From Anaerostipes sp. (lineage in GTDB: Bacteria; Bacillota; Clostridia; Lachnospirales; Lachnospiraceae), in assembly GCA_028697725.1 (NCBI GenBank), contig JAQVEG010000001.1, positions 167,516-231,515 on the forward strand: DNA of 64,000 nt, in the 5' to 3' direction. The position numbers and the translations under genes were made by a program. This document shows positions 38,010 through 48,353 of the stretch, piece by piece (the first letter of the stretch is position 1; every line of letters starts with the position of its first letter). A model generated the notes under the pieces. That model saw nothing but the letters and a program-made list of their open reading frames with translations. It was not told the DNA's origin and made no database searches.

Positions 38010-39981
38010 GACATTTTACCCTAAATTAGCAATTTCAAATATTAAGAAAAATGGAAAGTTTTATTTTCCATATTTAGTTACCTTTATCGGTATGACCATG
38101 ATGTTTTATATTATGGGAGCTTTGGCAGGAAACAAGGGAATTGACCAAATGAGAGGTGCATACAGCCTTAAGATGATTATGGATTTAGGAACTGCTGTCA
38201 TTGGAATTTTCTCAGCTATCTTTTTGTTTTATACCAATAGTTTTTTAATGAAGCGAAGACAAAATGAGATTGGTCTATATAATATTTTAGGAATGGAAAA
38301 ACGTCATATTGCAAGAATATTAGGATATGAAACCTTCTTTATTTGTGTTGGAGGTATTGTATCAGGTTTAATTCTAGGAATTGTATTAAATAAATTTATG
38401 TTTCTTATATTAGCTAAAATGATAGGATTTAAAGTTCCCTTTCAATTTGAATTTATGCCAGAAACCATTGTGATGACAGCGTTGTTATTTGGTGCGATCT
38501 CTATTGTTATATTTTTGTGGAATATTATAAAAATCAAAGTGGCAAATCCAATGGAACTGTTACATGGTGGAGTTGTAGGAGAAAAGGAGCCCAAAACAAA
38601 GGGACTTTTGGCAGTGATTGGAATCATTTGTATTGGTGTAGCATATTATATTGCCATTACTACAAAAAATCCACTAACGGCAATTATGTTGTTTTTTGTG
38701 GCAGTGCTTCTTGTAATCATTGGTACCTATGCACTATTTACCGCAGGAAGTATTGTGATTTTAAAACTTCTTCGAAAAAATAAAACCTTTTACTACCATC
38801 CAAAACATTTTACATCGATTTCAGGAATGATTTATCGAATGAAACAAAATGCAGCAGGACTTTCTAATATTTGTATTTTATCCACCATGGTTTTGGTTAT
38901 GATTTCAACGACAACATGTCTGTATATTGGAGTAGAAGATGCATTAAGTGAGATGTATCCAAAAGATATTTTAATTAGTGAAAATTATGATAAAAGTAAT
39001 CATGAAGAAAAAATCGATAAACTAATTCAAAAAGAGTTAGATGAAAGAAACCTAAGCATTAAGAATGTGAAGAAGTATAGTCAATTATCTTTTGCAGGAA
39101 ACTTTAAAGATGGAGTATTTTCTTTGGCTCCAGATAATACAACAGACCAAGTGCATCAACTTGAAATTATAACAAAAAGTGATTATGAGGCAATGGGCGG
39201 GACAACAGTGCCTTTAAAAAAGAATGAAGTAATCGTATGCAGCAAGGGTCAGAAACTTGAAGATAAGATAAATGTTTTGTCTACAGACTTATATGTGAAA
39301 AAGTATATCAAAGACTTTCCAATAGAAAGTGATATGGAAACTGTAGTGAAAAATGTGGATTATATTGTAGTTTATGACCAGCAGACCATGGAGCAGCTTT
39401 TTAAAAGGGAAAGTGCACAATTTAAAGAATATCAGATTTTTATGATGTGTCATAAAGAGTTTGATTTAACTGGAAGTGATGAAGATAAAATAGCTTTTTC
39501 CAAAGGTTTATCTGAGAGATTTTCACAGGAAAAAGGAATGGAGGTTCATCAAAGAAGCCGACAGGAAAATAAAGCAGAATTTTATGCAATCTTTGGGGGA
39601 TTCTTATTTTTGGGAATTTTTCTTGGAAGTTTATTCTTAATGGCTACTGCATTAATTATTTACTATAAACAGATTTCTGAGGGGTATGAAGACAAGCAGA
39701 GATTTGAGATTATGCAGAAGGTTGGAATGAGCAAAGAAGAAGTGAAAAAGACAATTAGTTCTCAGATTGTGATGGTATTCTTTCTTCCTCTAGCCATGGC
39801 TGGAATTCATGTATTGGCAGCATTTTCATTGATGGAAAAACTTCTTGCCTTGTTTAGTTTGAGAAATACAACATTGTTTGCAACGTGTACCATAGGAACG
39901 ATGGTTGTGTTCGCAGCTGTATATATCATTGTGTATCTATTAACTGCAAAAGTATATTATAAGATTGTAAAATGGAATTAA
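38002..39981 (+). CDS. FtsX-like ABC permease (BceB-like peptide antibiotic resistance)
   Basis: About 10 TM helices with a large extracellular domain; RQNEIGLYNILGM and YKQISE motifs. Confidence 0.88.
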   Translation: MNKTFYPKLAISNIKKNGKFYFPYLVTFIGMTMMFYIMGALAGNKGIDQMRGAYSLKMIMDLGTAVIGIFSAIFLFYTNSFLMKRRQNEIGLYNILGMEKRHIARILGYETFFICVGGIVSGLILGIVLNKFMFLILAKMIGFKVPFQFEFMPETIVMTALLFGAISIVIFLWNIIKIKVANPMELLHGGVVGEKEPKTKGLLAVIGIICIGVAYYIAITTKNPLTAIMLFFVAVLLVIIGTYALFTAGSIVILKLLRKNKTFYYHPKHFTSISGMIYRMKQNAAGLSNICILSTMVLVMISTTTCLYIGVEDALSEMYPKDILISENYDKSNHEEKIDKLIQKELDERNLSIKNVKKYSQLSFAGNFKDGVFSLAPDNTTDQVHQLEIITKSDYEAMGGTTVPLKKNEVIVCSKGQKLEDKINVLSTDLYVKKYIKDFPIESDMETVVKNVDYIVVYDQQTMEQLFKRESAQFKEYQIFMMCHKEFDLTGSDEDKIAFSKGLSERFSQEKGMEVHQRSRQENKAEFYAIFGGFLFLGIFLGSLFLMATALIIYYKQISEGYEDKQRFEIMQKVGMSKEEVKKTISSQIVMVFFLPLAMAGIHVLAAFSLMEKLLALFSLRNTTLFATCTIGTMVVFAAVYIIVYLLTAKVYYKIVKWN

Positions 39982-40076
39982 AAAAAGAAAGAAAGCCTAA
40001 GAAAATTCTTGGGCTTTCTTTCTTGTATTATCGAGGGATTTGAGTTACCATAAAGTAGAAAGAAAAACAAAAAATT

Positions 40077-41051
40077 ATGGAAAAGAGACTTAGAATGAAG
40101 AAAGATACATTAGGGACAGTAGTTTTGCTTGGGGCAGGAATTACGGCAGGAATTTTGACACTTTCCGATCTTTTATTTCGGTTTGCATGTCAAAGAAATC
40201 TTCCAAAACATCGTCCTCGTAGAAAGAAGACGGAAGATGACCATGGAATGGGGAAGTATGGAGAATTAATGAAAGAGGGCGCACATTGGTTTCGCTCAAT
40301 GGACTATAAGGAAGTCGTCATAGAAAGTGGAGATGGACTTCGTCTTACAGGATATTTTTTGAAGAAACCAAAGGCGAAGCAGACGATTTTATGTGTCCAT
40401 GGATATCGAGGACATGGAATTGAAGATTTTGGATACATTGCAAAGTTTTATTATAAACATGATAGTAATGTTTTAATCATTGATCAAAGAGCAAATACAA
40501 AAAGTGAAGGAAACTACATTACTTTTGGGGCAAAAGAGTGTAAAGATGTGGCTCAGTGGGCATGGAAGATTCATGACGATATCGCACCTAATAAACCAAT
40601 TATCCTAGATGGAGTTTCCATGGGTGCAACATCTGTGTTATTGGCAACAGGCGAGCTTCTTCCAAAGAGCGTAAAAGGTGTGATTGCTGATTGTGGATTT
40701 ACCAGTGCAAAAGAGGAGATTGAATACGTGGCAAGGAATATGTTTCATTTGCCCAAATATCCGTTTCTGCCATTGATTGAGTTTTTGTGTCACAGACGGG
40801 CAGGATTTACCTTTGAAGATACAAATGTAAAGAACAGATTAAAACATAATAAACTACCGATTTTATTTGTTCATGGAGGAAGAGATGATTTTGTTCCAAC
40901 AATCATGTCTGCAAAAAATTATATAGCATGTAAATCAAAAAAATATCTTGAAATTGTAGAGGATGCAAAACATGCTATGAGTTATATGGTAGAAGAAAAG
41001 CGTTGTCAGAAATGGTTGTTAGAATTTATTGATGAATGTTTAAAGAAATAA
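40077..41051 (+). CDS. Alpha/beta hydrolase
   Basis: HGY, GVSMG nucleophile elbow, VHGGRD, His in AKHA. Confidence 0.85.
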   Translation: MEKRLRMKKDTLGTVVLLGAGITAGILTLSDLLFRFACQRNLPKHRPRRKKTEDDHGMGKYGELMKEGAHWFRSMDYKEVVIESGDGLRLTGYFLKKPKAKQTILCVHGYRGHGIEDFGYIAKFYYKHDSNVLIIDQRANTKSEGNYITFGAKECKDVAQWAWKIHDDIAPNKPIILDGVSMGATSVLLATGELLPKSVKGVIADCGFTSAKEEIEYVARNMFHLPKYPFLPLIEFLCHRRAGFTFEDTNVKNRLKHNKLPILFVHGGRDDFVPTIMSAKNYIACKSKKYLEIVEDAKHAMSYMVEEKRCQKWLLEFIDECLKK

Positions 41052-41102
41052 AAGTTGATTTCAAATAAGCAAACAAGTATAATGATAAACGGTAATTATT
41101 AA

Positions 41103-41186
41103 AAAGGGGAGTCCACCAAGTGGGCTGAGAGTAAGCGAGAAGCTTTGACCCGAAACCTGAATTGGATCATGCCAACGTAGGGATAT
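41103..41186 (+). ncRNA. TPP riboswitch (upstream of thiD-cytX)
   Basis: GGGGAG...GCTGAGAG...GACCCG-AACCTGA-TTGGATCATGCCAACGTAGGGA; terminator at about 41200-41237. Confidence 0.92.
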
Positions 41187-41311
41187 ATACGAAGTGTAAG
41201 CTGCGCAGATATCTTTACGATGTCTGCACTTTTTTTAAGTGTCAATTCAGGCAGCGGTTTTTGGGGGCACCACCTAAATCGCTTAACAAAATAGTGCAGG
41301 AGGATTTTATA

Positions 41312-42103
41312 ATGAAAACAGCATTAACAATCGCCGGAAGTGATTCTAGCGGAGGCGCCGGAATTCAAGCAGATATTAAGACAATGACAGTCAATGGAGT
41401 TTATGCCATGAGTGCCATTACTGCCTTAACAGCTCAAAATACAACCGGTGTAACAGGAATTATGGATGTAGATCAAGAGTTTTTGGAGAAACAGTTGGAT
41501 GCAGTATTTACAGATATTTATCCAGATGCCATAAAGATTGGAATGGTTTCTTCAAGTTCGTTGATTCATGTAATTGCAAAGAAATTAAAACAGTATGAGG
41601 CAAAGAATATAGTCGTAGATCCAGTGATGGTGGCTACAAGTGGAGCAAAACTAATTACAGAGGAAGCGATTTGTGCATTAAAGCAGGAACTACTGCCTTT
41701 GGCAGCCGTATTAACACCAAACATTCCAGAAGCAAAGGTTTTATCAGGCATGGAAATTGAAACACCAGAGGATATGATTGATGCATCAAAGTATATTGCA
41801 GAAACTTATCATTGTGCTGTACTATGTAAAGGCGGACATCAGTTAAATGATGCCAATGATTTATTGTATCGTGATGGAAAGTATAAGTGGTTTGAAGGAA
41901 AGAGAATTAATAACCCCAATACTCATGGGACAGGATGTACTTTATCAAGTGCCATTGCATCTAATCTTGCAAAAGGATATGACTTAGATACATCAGTATA
42001 CAAAGCAAAAGAATATATTTCAGGTGCTTTAAATGCAATGTTAGACTTAGGAACTGGAAGTGGACCAATGAATCATGCATTTTTAATTGACGGAGGCAGA
42101 TAG
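41312..42103 (+). CDS. thiD: Hydroxymethylpyrimidine/phosphomethylpyrimidine kinase
   Basis: TIAGSDSSGGAGIQADIK, DPVM, TPNIPEA, HGTGCT; ATG 41312 after GGAGG. Confidence 0.93.
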   Translation: MKTALTIAGSDSSGGAGIQADIKTMTVNGVYAMSAITALTAQNTTGVTGIMDVDQEFLEKQLDAVFTDIYPDAIKIGMVSSSSLIHVIAKKLKQYEAKNIVVDPVMVATSGAKLITEEAICALKQELLPLAAVLTPNIPEAKVLSGMEIETPEDMIDASKYIAETYHCAVLCKGGHQLNDANDLLYRDGKYKWFEGKRINNPNTHGTGCTLSSAIASNLAKGYDLDTSVYKAKEYISGALNAMLDLGTGSGPMNHAFLIDGGR

Positions 42104-42104
42104 A

Positions 42105-43283
42105 ATGAAGACAGAGAATGGGACATCGTTGTTTAGCAACGGATTAATATGGTTTGGTGCAGGAGTTTCTATTGCAGAGATTTTAACAGGAACATATTTG
42201 GCACCACTTGGATTTGCAAAGGGATTACAGGCAATTCTATTAGGACATTTGATTGGATGTGTGTTATTATTTTTAGCAGGAATGATTGGAGCCAATACAA
42301 AAAAGAGTTCTATGGAAACTGTGAAAATGAGTTTCGGTAGAAAAGGAAGTTTATTATTTAGTATATTAAATGTACTTCAGCTAGTTGGATGGACGGCTAT
42401 CATGATTTATGATGGAGCGTTAGCAGCAAATGGAATCATTAAGTCAGGTGCCTGGATATGGTGTTTGATTATTGGAGTTTTAATCATTTTGTGGATTTTA
42501 ATTGGAATAAAGAATCTTGGAAAGATTAATACATTTGCCATGGCAGCATTATTTGTTTTAACGATGATTTTGTGTAAAGTGATTTTCTTTAGCGGAGCGT
42601 CTGGACATGTAATGAGTGGAGATAGTATGACCTTTGGAGCCGGAGTAGAACTATCTGTTGCAATGCCTTTATCATGGCTTCCATTGATTAGTGATTATAC
42701 AAGAGAAGCAAAGAATCCATTAGGTGCAACCTTAACAAGTGCATTGACATATGGAATCGTTAGCTGTTGGATGTATGTAATTGGAATGGGTGCTGCAATT
42801 TATACTGGAGAATATGATATTGCCCAGATTATGGTGAAAGCAGGACTTGGAATTGCAGGATTATTAATTATTGTATTCTCAACAGTAACTACAACATTTT
42901 TAGATGCATATTCTGCCGGGGTTTCTAGCGTTTCAATTTCAGGGAAAATCAATGAAAAGTGGGCAGGTGTCATTGTAACGATAATTGGAATTGGAGCGGC
43001 TATCATATACCCTATGGATAATATTACAGATTTCTTATATTTGATTGGGTCTGTGTTTGCACCGATGATTGCAATTCAGATTGTAGATTACTTTTTCCTA
43101 AAGCATGACCATGTGGATAAAGAATATGATATTCTAAATCTAATCATATGGCTTGCTGGATTTATTGCATATCGAAAACTTATGACAATTGATACACCAG
43201 TGGGAAATACGTTACCAGATATGGTGATTACAATGATTCTTTGTTTTGTGCTTCATCTTGTATGTAGAAGAAATAAAAAATAA
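42105..43283 (+). CDS. cytX: Putative hydroxymethylpyrimidine transporter (NCS1 family)
   Basis: WFGAGVSIAEILTG and MPLSWLPLISDY motifs; under TPP riboswitch control. Confidence 0.85.
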   Translation: MKTENGTSLFSNGLIWFGAGVSIAEILTGTYLAPLGFAKGLQAILLGHLIGCVLLFLAGMIGANTKKSSMETVKMSFGRKGSLLFSILNVLQLVGWTAIMIYDGALAANGIIKSGAWIWCLIIGVLIILWILIGIKNLGKINTFAMAALFVLTMILCKVIFFSGASGHVMSGDSMTFGAGVELSVAMPLSWLPLISDYTREAKNPLGATLTSALTYGIVSCWMYVIGMGAAIYTGEYDIAQIMVKAGLGIAGLLIIVFSTVTTTFLDAYSAGVSSVSISGKINEKWAGVIVTIIGIGAAIIYPMDNITDFLYLIGSVFAPMIAIQIVDYFFLKHDHVDKEYDILNLIIWLAGFIAYRKLMTIDTPVGNTLPDMVITMILCFVLHLVCRRNKK

Positions 43284-43302
43284 CAGGAGAAGAGGAAATA
43301 AG

Positions 43303-45243
43303 ATGGTGGATTACACCAAAGACAAGAAGACAGAAAATGTCATGAAAAACATGGTTCATAGAATAATGGATATGGATTATGAGGTCATTGCAATGATTGA
43401 CATCTCTTTAAATAGAGTTAGATTTTGTAAAAAGGAGCAGGAAGAATTTTTCAAATTACAAGACAAAAGTGAATTATATAATGAAACTGTGATTCAGCCT
43501 TTATCTGAGCTTATTGTGTCTCAAGAGGTTGATTATGCAATCAAGAAACTGAGCATCCCATATATTGTGGATGCTCTTTCCCATTCTAAAACATATGTAT
43601 GCACTTATATGGTAAAGGAAAAAGCTGGGGAAGAAGGATTTCGAAGATGGAAATTCACTTATTTAGATGAGGAAAAAAATCTAGTTCTTTATACGAGAAG
43701 TAATGTTACAGATTTGTATGAAATAGAAAAAAACCAAAGAAAGATACTGCGTAATGCGTTGATTCAGGCGGAAAAGGATAGCAAGACTATTGTAGATTTT
43801 ATATCTCAAATTAGTCACGAAATCAGAAATCCAATGAATGCTATGATTGGAATTGCATCTCAGGGAATGCAGCCAGGAAAGATGAAAAATGAGCTGCGAG
43901 AATGTATTGGACAAATGGAAAAACTTGCAAAATGTATTTCAGAGTCAAGTAATGAAATTCTAGATTATGTTATGCTGAAAAAAGGAAATTCTTTCTTATA
44001 CGAAGAAATCTTTCAATTCCATGAACTTCTGCAAAGGGTAAATGCAAAATGTTATGCAAAGGCAGCGGAGAAGGAGATTGAGTATCTAGTAAGCTATGAC
44101 AGTTTTATAGAGGATTATTATATTGGCGACAGTGAAAAACTAAATCGACTTTTGTGTGAAATTATTTCCAATGGAATTAAATATACTCCAAAAGGTGGGA
44201 AAATAAATCTTTCCATTCATGTAAAGGAACATATAAATGATACCATATCTATGCAGTTTATTATTAATGATACAGGGGTTGGTATCTCAGATTCTTTTTT
44301 ACCATATATTTTTGATCCCTTTCAAAGGGAAAAGAGAAAAAGAGGTGTGGGAGGAATTGGGTTAGGACTAAGTATCTGCAAACAATTAGTTGGAGTTATG
44401 AATGGAACTTTACATATAAATACAATCCAAGATGTAGGAACAAGATTTGTGATTGAGATTCCTCTTCGTGTTATGGACCAAAGTTTAAATCAAAGGAATT
44501 CCAATAAACAGCTTGCACTGATTATCCATAGAGAAACAGCTAAATGTCAGGAGATGAGAAAAACACTAGAAAGTCTGGGAGTTCAAGCAAAATGGGTTAC
44601 ATCAAATACACAGGCATTTCGGTTTATTCATCGCTGTATGAAGCAAGGAGAGATATTTGACTTTGTTTTTTATGATTTTTTGCTGTCTGTGAATCATGAC
44701 TGTTCCACCATCCAAAAGTTGAAAAGCTGTCTTGGAGAAAAGGGAAAGTTAATATTGACTTATAATGAGATAAATGAAGAACTAGAGAAAACTGCCAGAA
44801 ATGAAGAGGTGGATATAGTTTCTGAGCATTCTGTGAATAAAGTTTTTCTGAAAGAGTATGATTTTACAGGGAAGAGAGTCTTGATTGTAGAAGACCACGA
44901 ACTGAATGTAAGAGTAGTAAAGAATCTTTTAGAAAAGAAACATGCACAAATTGATGTTGCAGAAAATGGATTGGCTGCCATTGAAGAATTTCTTTCTCAT
45001 GATGCTGGATATTATGATGCAGTTTTAATGGACATTCAAATGCCTTTAATTGATGGAATTACAGCCACAAAAGCAATTCGCTCCACTAAAAAATCCGACG
45101 CTAAGACAATTCCCATTATTGCAATGAGTGCAAATGTATATGAGAAAGCAAGGAAAGAATCAAAAGCGGCGGGAATGAATGCACACATAGCAAAGCCCAT
45201 AGAACCCGAAGTATTCTATGGGACATTGCATAAATTCTTATGA
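43303..45243 (+). CDS. Cytoplasmic hybrid histidine kinase / response regulator
   Basis: SHEIRNPMN H-box, NGIKYT, DTGVG, GLGLSI; a degenerate internal receiver and an intact C-terminal receiver (LMDIQMP). Confidence 0.85.
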   Translation: MVDYTKDKKTENVMKNMVHRIMDMDYEVIAMIDISLNRVRFCKKEQEEFFKLQDKSELYNETVIQPLSELIVSQEVDYAIKKLSIPYIVDALSHSKTYVCTYMVKEKAGEEGFRRWKFTYLDEEKNLVLYTRSNVTDLYEIEKNQRKILRNALIQAEKDSKTIVDFISQISHEIRNPMNAMIGIASQGMQPGKMKNELRECIGQMEKLAKCISESSNEILDYVMLKKGNSFLYEEIFQFHELLQRVNAKCYAKAAEKEIEYLVSYDSFIEDYYIGDSEKLNRLLCEIISNGIKYTPKGGKINLSIHVKEHINDTISMQFIINDTGVGISDSFLPYIFDPFQREKRKRGVGGIGLGLSICKQLVGVMNGTLHINTIQDVGTRFVIEIPLRVMDQSLNQRNSNKQLALIIHRETAKCQEMRKTLESLGVQAKWVTSNTQAFRFIHRCMKQGEIFDFVFYDFLLSVNHDCSTIQKLKSCLGEKGKLILTYNEINEELEKTARNEEVDIVSEHSVNKVFLKEYDFTGKRVLIVEDHELNVRVVKNLLEKKHAQIDVAENGLAAIEEFLSHDAGYYDAVLMDIQMPLIDGITATKAIRSTKKSDAKTIPIIAMSANVYEKARKESKAAGMNAHIAKPIEPEVFYGTLHKFL

Positions 45244-46347
45244 AAATAAATCTTTTAAAACCTGTTGAGCATTCATATTCTGGTATCCATCTGGATCTGT
45301 CATCATAGTGCTGCTATTTCCAGTATTCCAACGCATTTGTCCAAAATGACTTAAATACTTTTTGCTTCGTTTGTTGGAAGGATACTTTTTATACCAAGAA
45401 GGATAATACTTCTTCATATATTGTTTTGCAAGTTTAATTGCCTGACTGTTATTGCTTCCAGAGCGAGTCTGAGTTCCACTGAGCTGAACGCCAGGAGCAC
45501 TGCTGTGAAGAAGTACAACACTTCCGTCAGAACACTGACCAATCACAATCCATACATGACCACTGCAATCAGAACAGGCGGTACTCATAATGTCACCAGG
45601 TTTATAATTTTTGACCTTGGAAGGTTTTTGATAAGTTCCCCATTTACGACTTGCAAAATTCTTTGCCATTTTTTTAGAGGACATAACATATCCACTTTTA
45701 TTATTTGCAGTATTTCGGATATTGTAAATACTCCAGCCAACAAATCCAGAACAATCAAGACCATTGCCCCACTGATATCTTGTTTTTGAGGTATTATAGT
45801 TTTTCTTTTGTTTTCCAAAAAAAGTTCTCCAGTTTGGATTGACGCCAATGGTTTTTGCGTCCTTTCCAGCAGAAGTGTCTGCCTTGTTCCATCCCCCACC
45901 CCAGATGTACATGGTAGAACCACAAGGAGCAAGTGCTGATTTAAGATAATTCTTTAAAGTAGAATAACCTTTTTTAGAAATTGTGGCAGATACAGATTTA
46001 CTGTAGGAACCATAATAACGTTTTTTGGATACGATACGATATCCACGAACCTTGAATTGATAAGTTTCTCCACGTTTTAAATTCTTAACCGTATATTTGC
46101 AGGATTTTGTATATCCCTTGTAAGTATAAGACTTCTTGCTGGGGTTATATTGATAAACAGCATACCTTGTTGCGTAAGATGCTTTTCTCCAGGTAATATT
46201 TACATTTGTTTTTACAGCAGTTGCAGTTACATAAGAAGGCTTTTTAGGTCTTTTAGTGGCTGCAAATAATATGGTACTTGAAAGGACTAATATCATAGTG
46301 CCAAAGAGCATACAAAATATCCTTTTTTTCTTTCTTATTATATTCAT
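45238..46347 (-). CDS. Secreted FN3-domain protein with an NlpC/P60-like cysteine hydrolase domain
   Basis: Signal peptide, FN3-like segment (W.KAS.ATRY.VYQY...Y.FKVRGY), YIWGGG, GLDCSGF, GHVWIV. Confidence 0.7.
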   Translation of the reverse strand: MNIIRKKKRIFCMLFGTMILVLSSTILFAATKRPKKPSYVTATAVKTNVNITWRKASYATRYAVYQYNPSKKSYTYKGYTKSCKYTVKNLKRGETYQFKVRGYRIVSKKRYYGSYSKSVSATISKKGYSTLKNYLKSALAPCGSTMYIWGGGWNKADTSAGKDAKTIGVNPNWRTFFGKQKKNYNTSKTRYQWGNGLDCSGFVGWSIYNIRNTANNKSGYVMSSKKMAKNFASRKWGTYQKPSKVKNYKPGDIMSTACSDCSGHVWIVIGQCSDGSVVLLHSSAPGVQLSGTQTRSGSNNSQAIKLAKQYMKKYYPSWYKKYPSNKRSKKYLSHFGQMRWNTGNSSTMMTDPDGYQNMNAQQVLKDLFS

Positions 46348-46460
46348 TCCTACCTCATTTCGTGCAGTTTCATCGTTATCCCTTAGAACAAAGTATAACA
46401 TAATTTTATAAGGTGTTGTCAAAAAACACTCTATATGTTAAAATAATTTTCGTAAAAGAA

Positions 46461-46543
46461 ACTGGGGAGCTTGGAAAACCGGCTGAGAGGAAGTTTAAAC
46501 TTCGACCCTTATACCTGATGCGGATAATGCCGACGTAGGAAGA
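46461..46543 (+). ncRNA. TPP riboswitch (upstream of thiSFGH)
   Basis: CTGGGGAG...GCTGAGAGG...GACCCTT-ACCTGATGCGGATAATGCCGACGTAGGAAG; terminator at about 46570-46607. Confidence 0.92.
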
Positions 46544-46739
46544 ATTCTAGAAAGTTTATAGAATATTTCAAAAGAAGCATTTTCAAAAGAGAATGTTTCT
46601 TTTTTTAGGAATTCTTTGAAATAACATCAGGAGCAATTACATAAAGTAGAAGTTGAGAGTGCATGAAAGCAGCATGAAGGGGGACACCACCACGGGTGTC
46701 ACTTTTCTTGTTGCTTTTTTTTTGAAAAGAGGTGAAATT

Positions 46740-46934
46740 ATGGTACAAATTAATGGAGAAATGAAGAATGCAGCAGGATGTTTGATGAAAGAGTATTTGC
46801 TAGAAGAAGGTTATCGAATGGATACCATTGCAGTGGAACTAAATAAAGAAATTCTACCAAAAAAAGAGTATGCAAATACATTATTAAAAGATAATGACGT
46901 GATAGAAATTATTAATTTTGTTCGAGGAGGATGA
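46740..46934 (+). CDS. thiS: Thiamine biosynthesis sulfur carrier
   Basis: 64 aa, ubiquitin-like, C-terminal GG; IAVELN motif. Confidence 0.9.
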   Translation: MVQINGEMKNAAGCLMKEYLLEEGYRMDTIAVELNKEILPKKEYANTLLKDNDVIEIINFVRGG

Positions 46935-47581
46935 AAATGAATCAATATAATCTGCCATCAAAGGATGATTTTGAACAGATGATTTATGAACGACATACAC
47001 CAAAGGTTCATGACAAGGTAAAAACAGGAAGGGTTGCAGTGGCAGGTCTTGGGGGACTTGGGTCACATATTGCAATTGCCCTTGCAAGAATGGGGGTAGG
47101 ATTCCTTCACTTGGTGGATTTTGATGTGGTGGAGCCGAGTAATTTAAATCGTCAGGAGTATCGAATTTCCCATTTGGGAATGGCAAAAACAGAGGCGTTA
47201 AAAGAACAGCTTCTTGAAATTAACCCTTACATTGAGATAAGAACAGACAACCTGAAAGTGACAGAGGATAATGCCATAGAATTATTTCAAACAGATGACA
47301 TTGTATGTGAGGCATTTGATGGACCAGAGCAAAAGGCAATGCTTATTAATACACTGCTCTCTGAAAAGGAAGATGTAAAAATTGTATCTGGAACTGGCAT
47401 GGCAGGGTATGGAAGAAGCAATGAAATTGTGACAAAAAAGATAAATGAACAGTTATATTTGTGCGGAGATTTTGTAAATGGTGCAAAACCAGGATGGGGT
47501 CTTATGGCACCAAGGGTTATGATTTGTGCAGGACACGAAGCAAATAAAGTAATTGAACTATTAGTGAAGGAGACAGTATGA
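46931..47581 (+). CDS. thiF: ThiS adenylyltransferase
   Basis: GLGGLGS, DFD.VE.SNLNRQ, CEAFD. Confidence 0.9.
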   Translation: MKMNQYNLPSKDDFEQMIYERHTPKVHDKVKTGRVAVAGLGGLGSHIAIALARMGVGFLHLVDFDVVEPSNLNRQEYRISHLGMAKTEALKEQLLEINPYIEIRTDNLKVTEDNAIELFQTDDIVCEAFDGPEQKAMLINTLLSEKEDVKIVSGTGMAGYGRSNEIVTKKINEQLYLCGDFVNGAKPGWGLMAPRVMICAGHEANKVIELLVKETV

Positions 47582-48345
47582 AAGAAGATAAATTAATTAT
47601 AAAAGGACATGAATTTACATCAAGATTTATTCTAGGATCAGGAAAGTATAATCTGGAATTAATCAAAGCTGCAATTCAAGAGGCAGATGCACAGATTATT
47701 ACCATGGCAGTGCGAAGAGCAAATACAAATGGAAATGAAAATATTTTAGATTTTATTCCCGATAACGTAACGTTACTTCCAAATACATCAGGTGCAAGAA
47801 ATGCCAAAGAAGCAGTTCGAATTGCAAGAATGGCAAGAGAACTTGGATGTGGAGATTTTATTAAAATTGAAGTGATTCGAGATACAAAATATTTACTTCC
47901 AGATAATGCAGAGACAATTAAAGCAACACAGATTCTAGCAGATGAAGGATTTGTAGTAATGCCATATATGTATCCAGATTTAAATTCTGCCAGAGATTTA
48001 GTAAATGCAGGAGCAGCTGCGGTAATGCCTCTTGCAGCACCAATTGGATCCAACAGAGGGCTTTGCACCAAAGATTTTATTCAAATTCTAATTGACGAAA
48101 TTGATGTACCAATTATTGTAGATGCAGGAATTGGTTCACCATCCCAAGCTTGTGAAGTCATGGAAATGGGGGCAGCAGCCGTTATGGCAAATACCGCCAT
48201 TGCAACAGCAGGAGATCTTCCTCGTATGGCAAAAGCATTTAAAGATGCAATTCAGGCAGGGAGAAATGCATATCTTTCAGGTCTTGGAAGAATTCAAAAT
48301 ACAGCCAGTGCATCATCACCATTTACAGGATTTTTACAGGATTAG
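47578..48345 (+). CDS. thiG: Thiazole synthase
   Basis: [36 protein letters not shown]. Confidence 0.95.
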   Translation: MKEDKLIIKGHEFTSRFILGSGKYNLELIKAAIQEADAQIITMAVRRANTNGNENILDFIPDNVTLLPNTSGARNAKEAVRIARMARELGCGDFIKIEVIRDTKYLLPDNAETIKATQILADEGFVVMPYMYPDLNSARDLVNAGAAAVMPLAAPIGSNRGLCTKDFIQILIDEIDVPIIVDAGIGSPSQACEVMEMGAAAVMANTAIATAGDLPRMAKAFKDAIQAGRNAYLSGLGRIQNTASASSPFTGFLQD

Positions 48346-48353
48346 ACAGGAGG

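Noticed and set aside
41162-41311. N-terminal extensions given by the ORF track for thiD, and likewise thiS, dinB, pucR, DUF3644 and the hybrid kinase
   Set aside because: They overlap riboswitches, terminators or promoters; downstream starts with clear RBSs were used instead.
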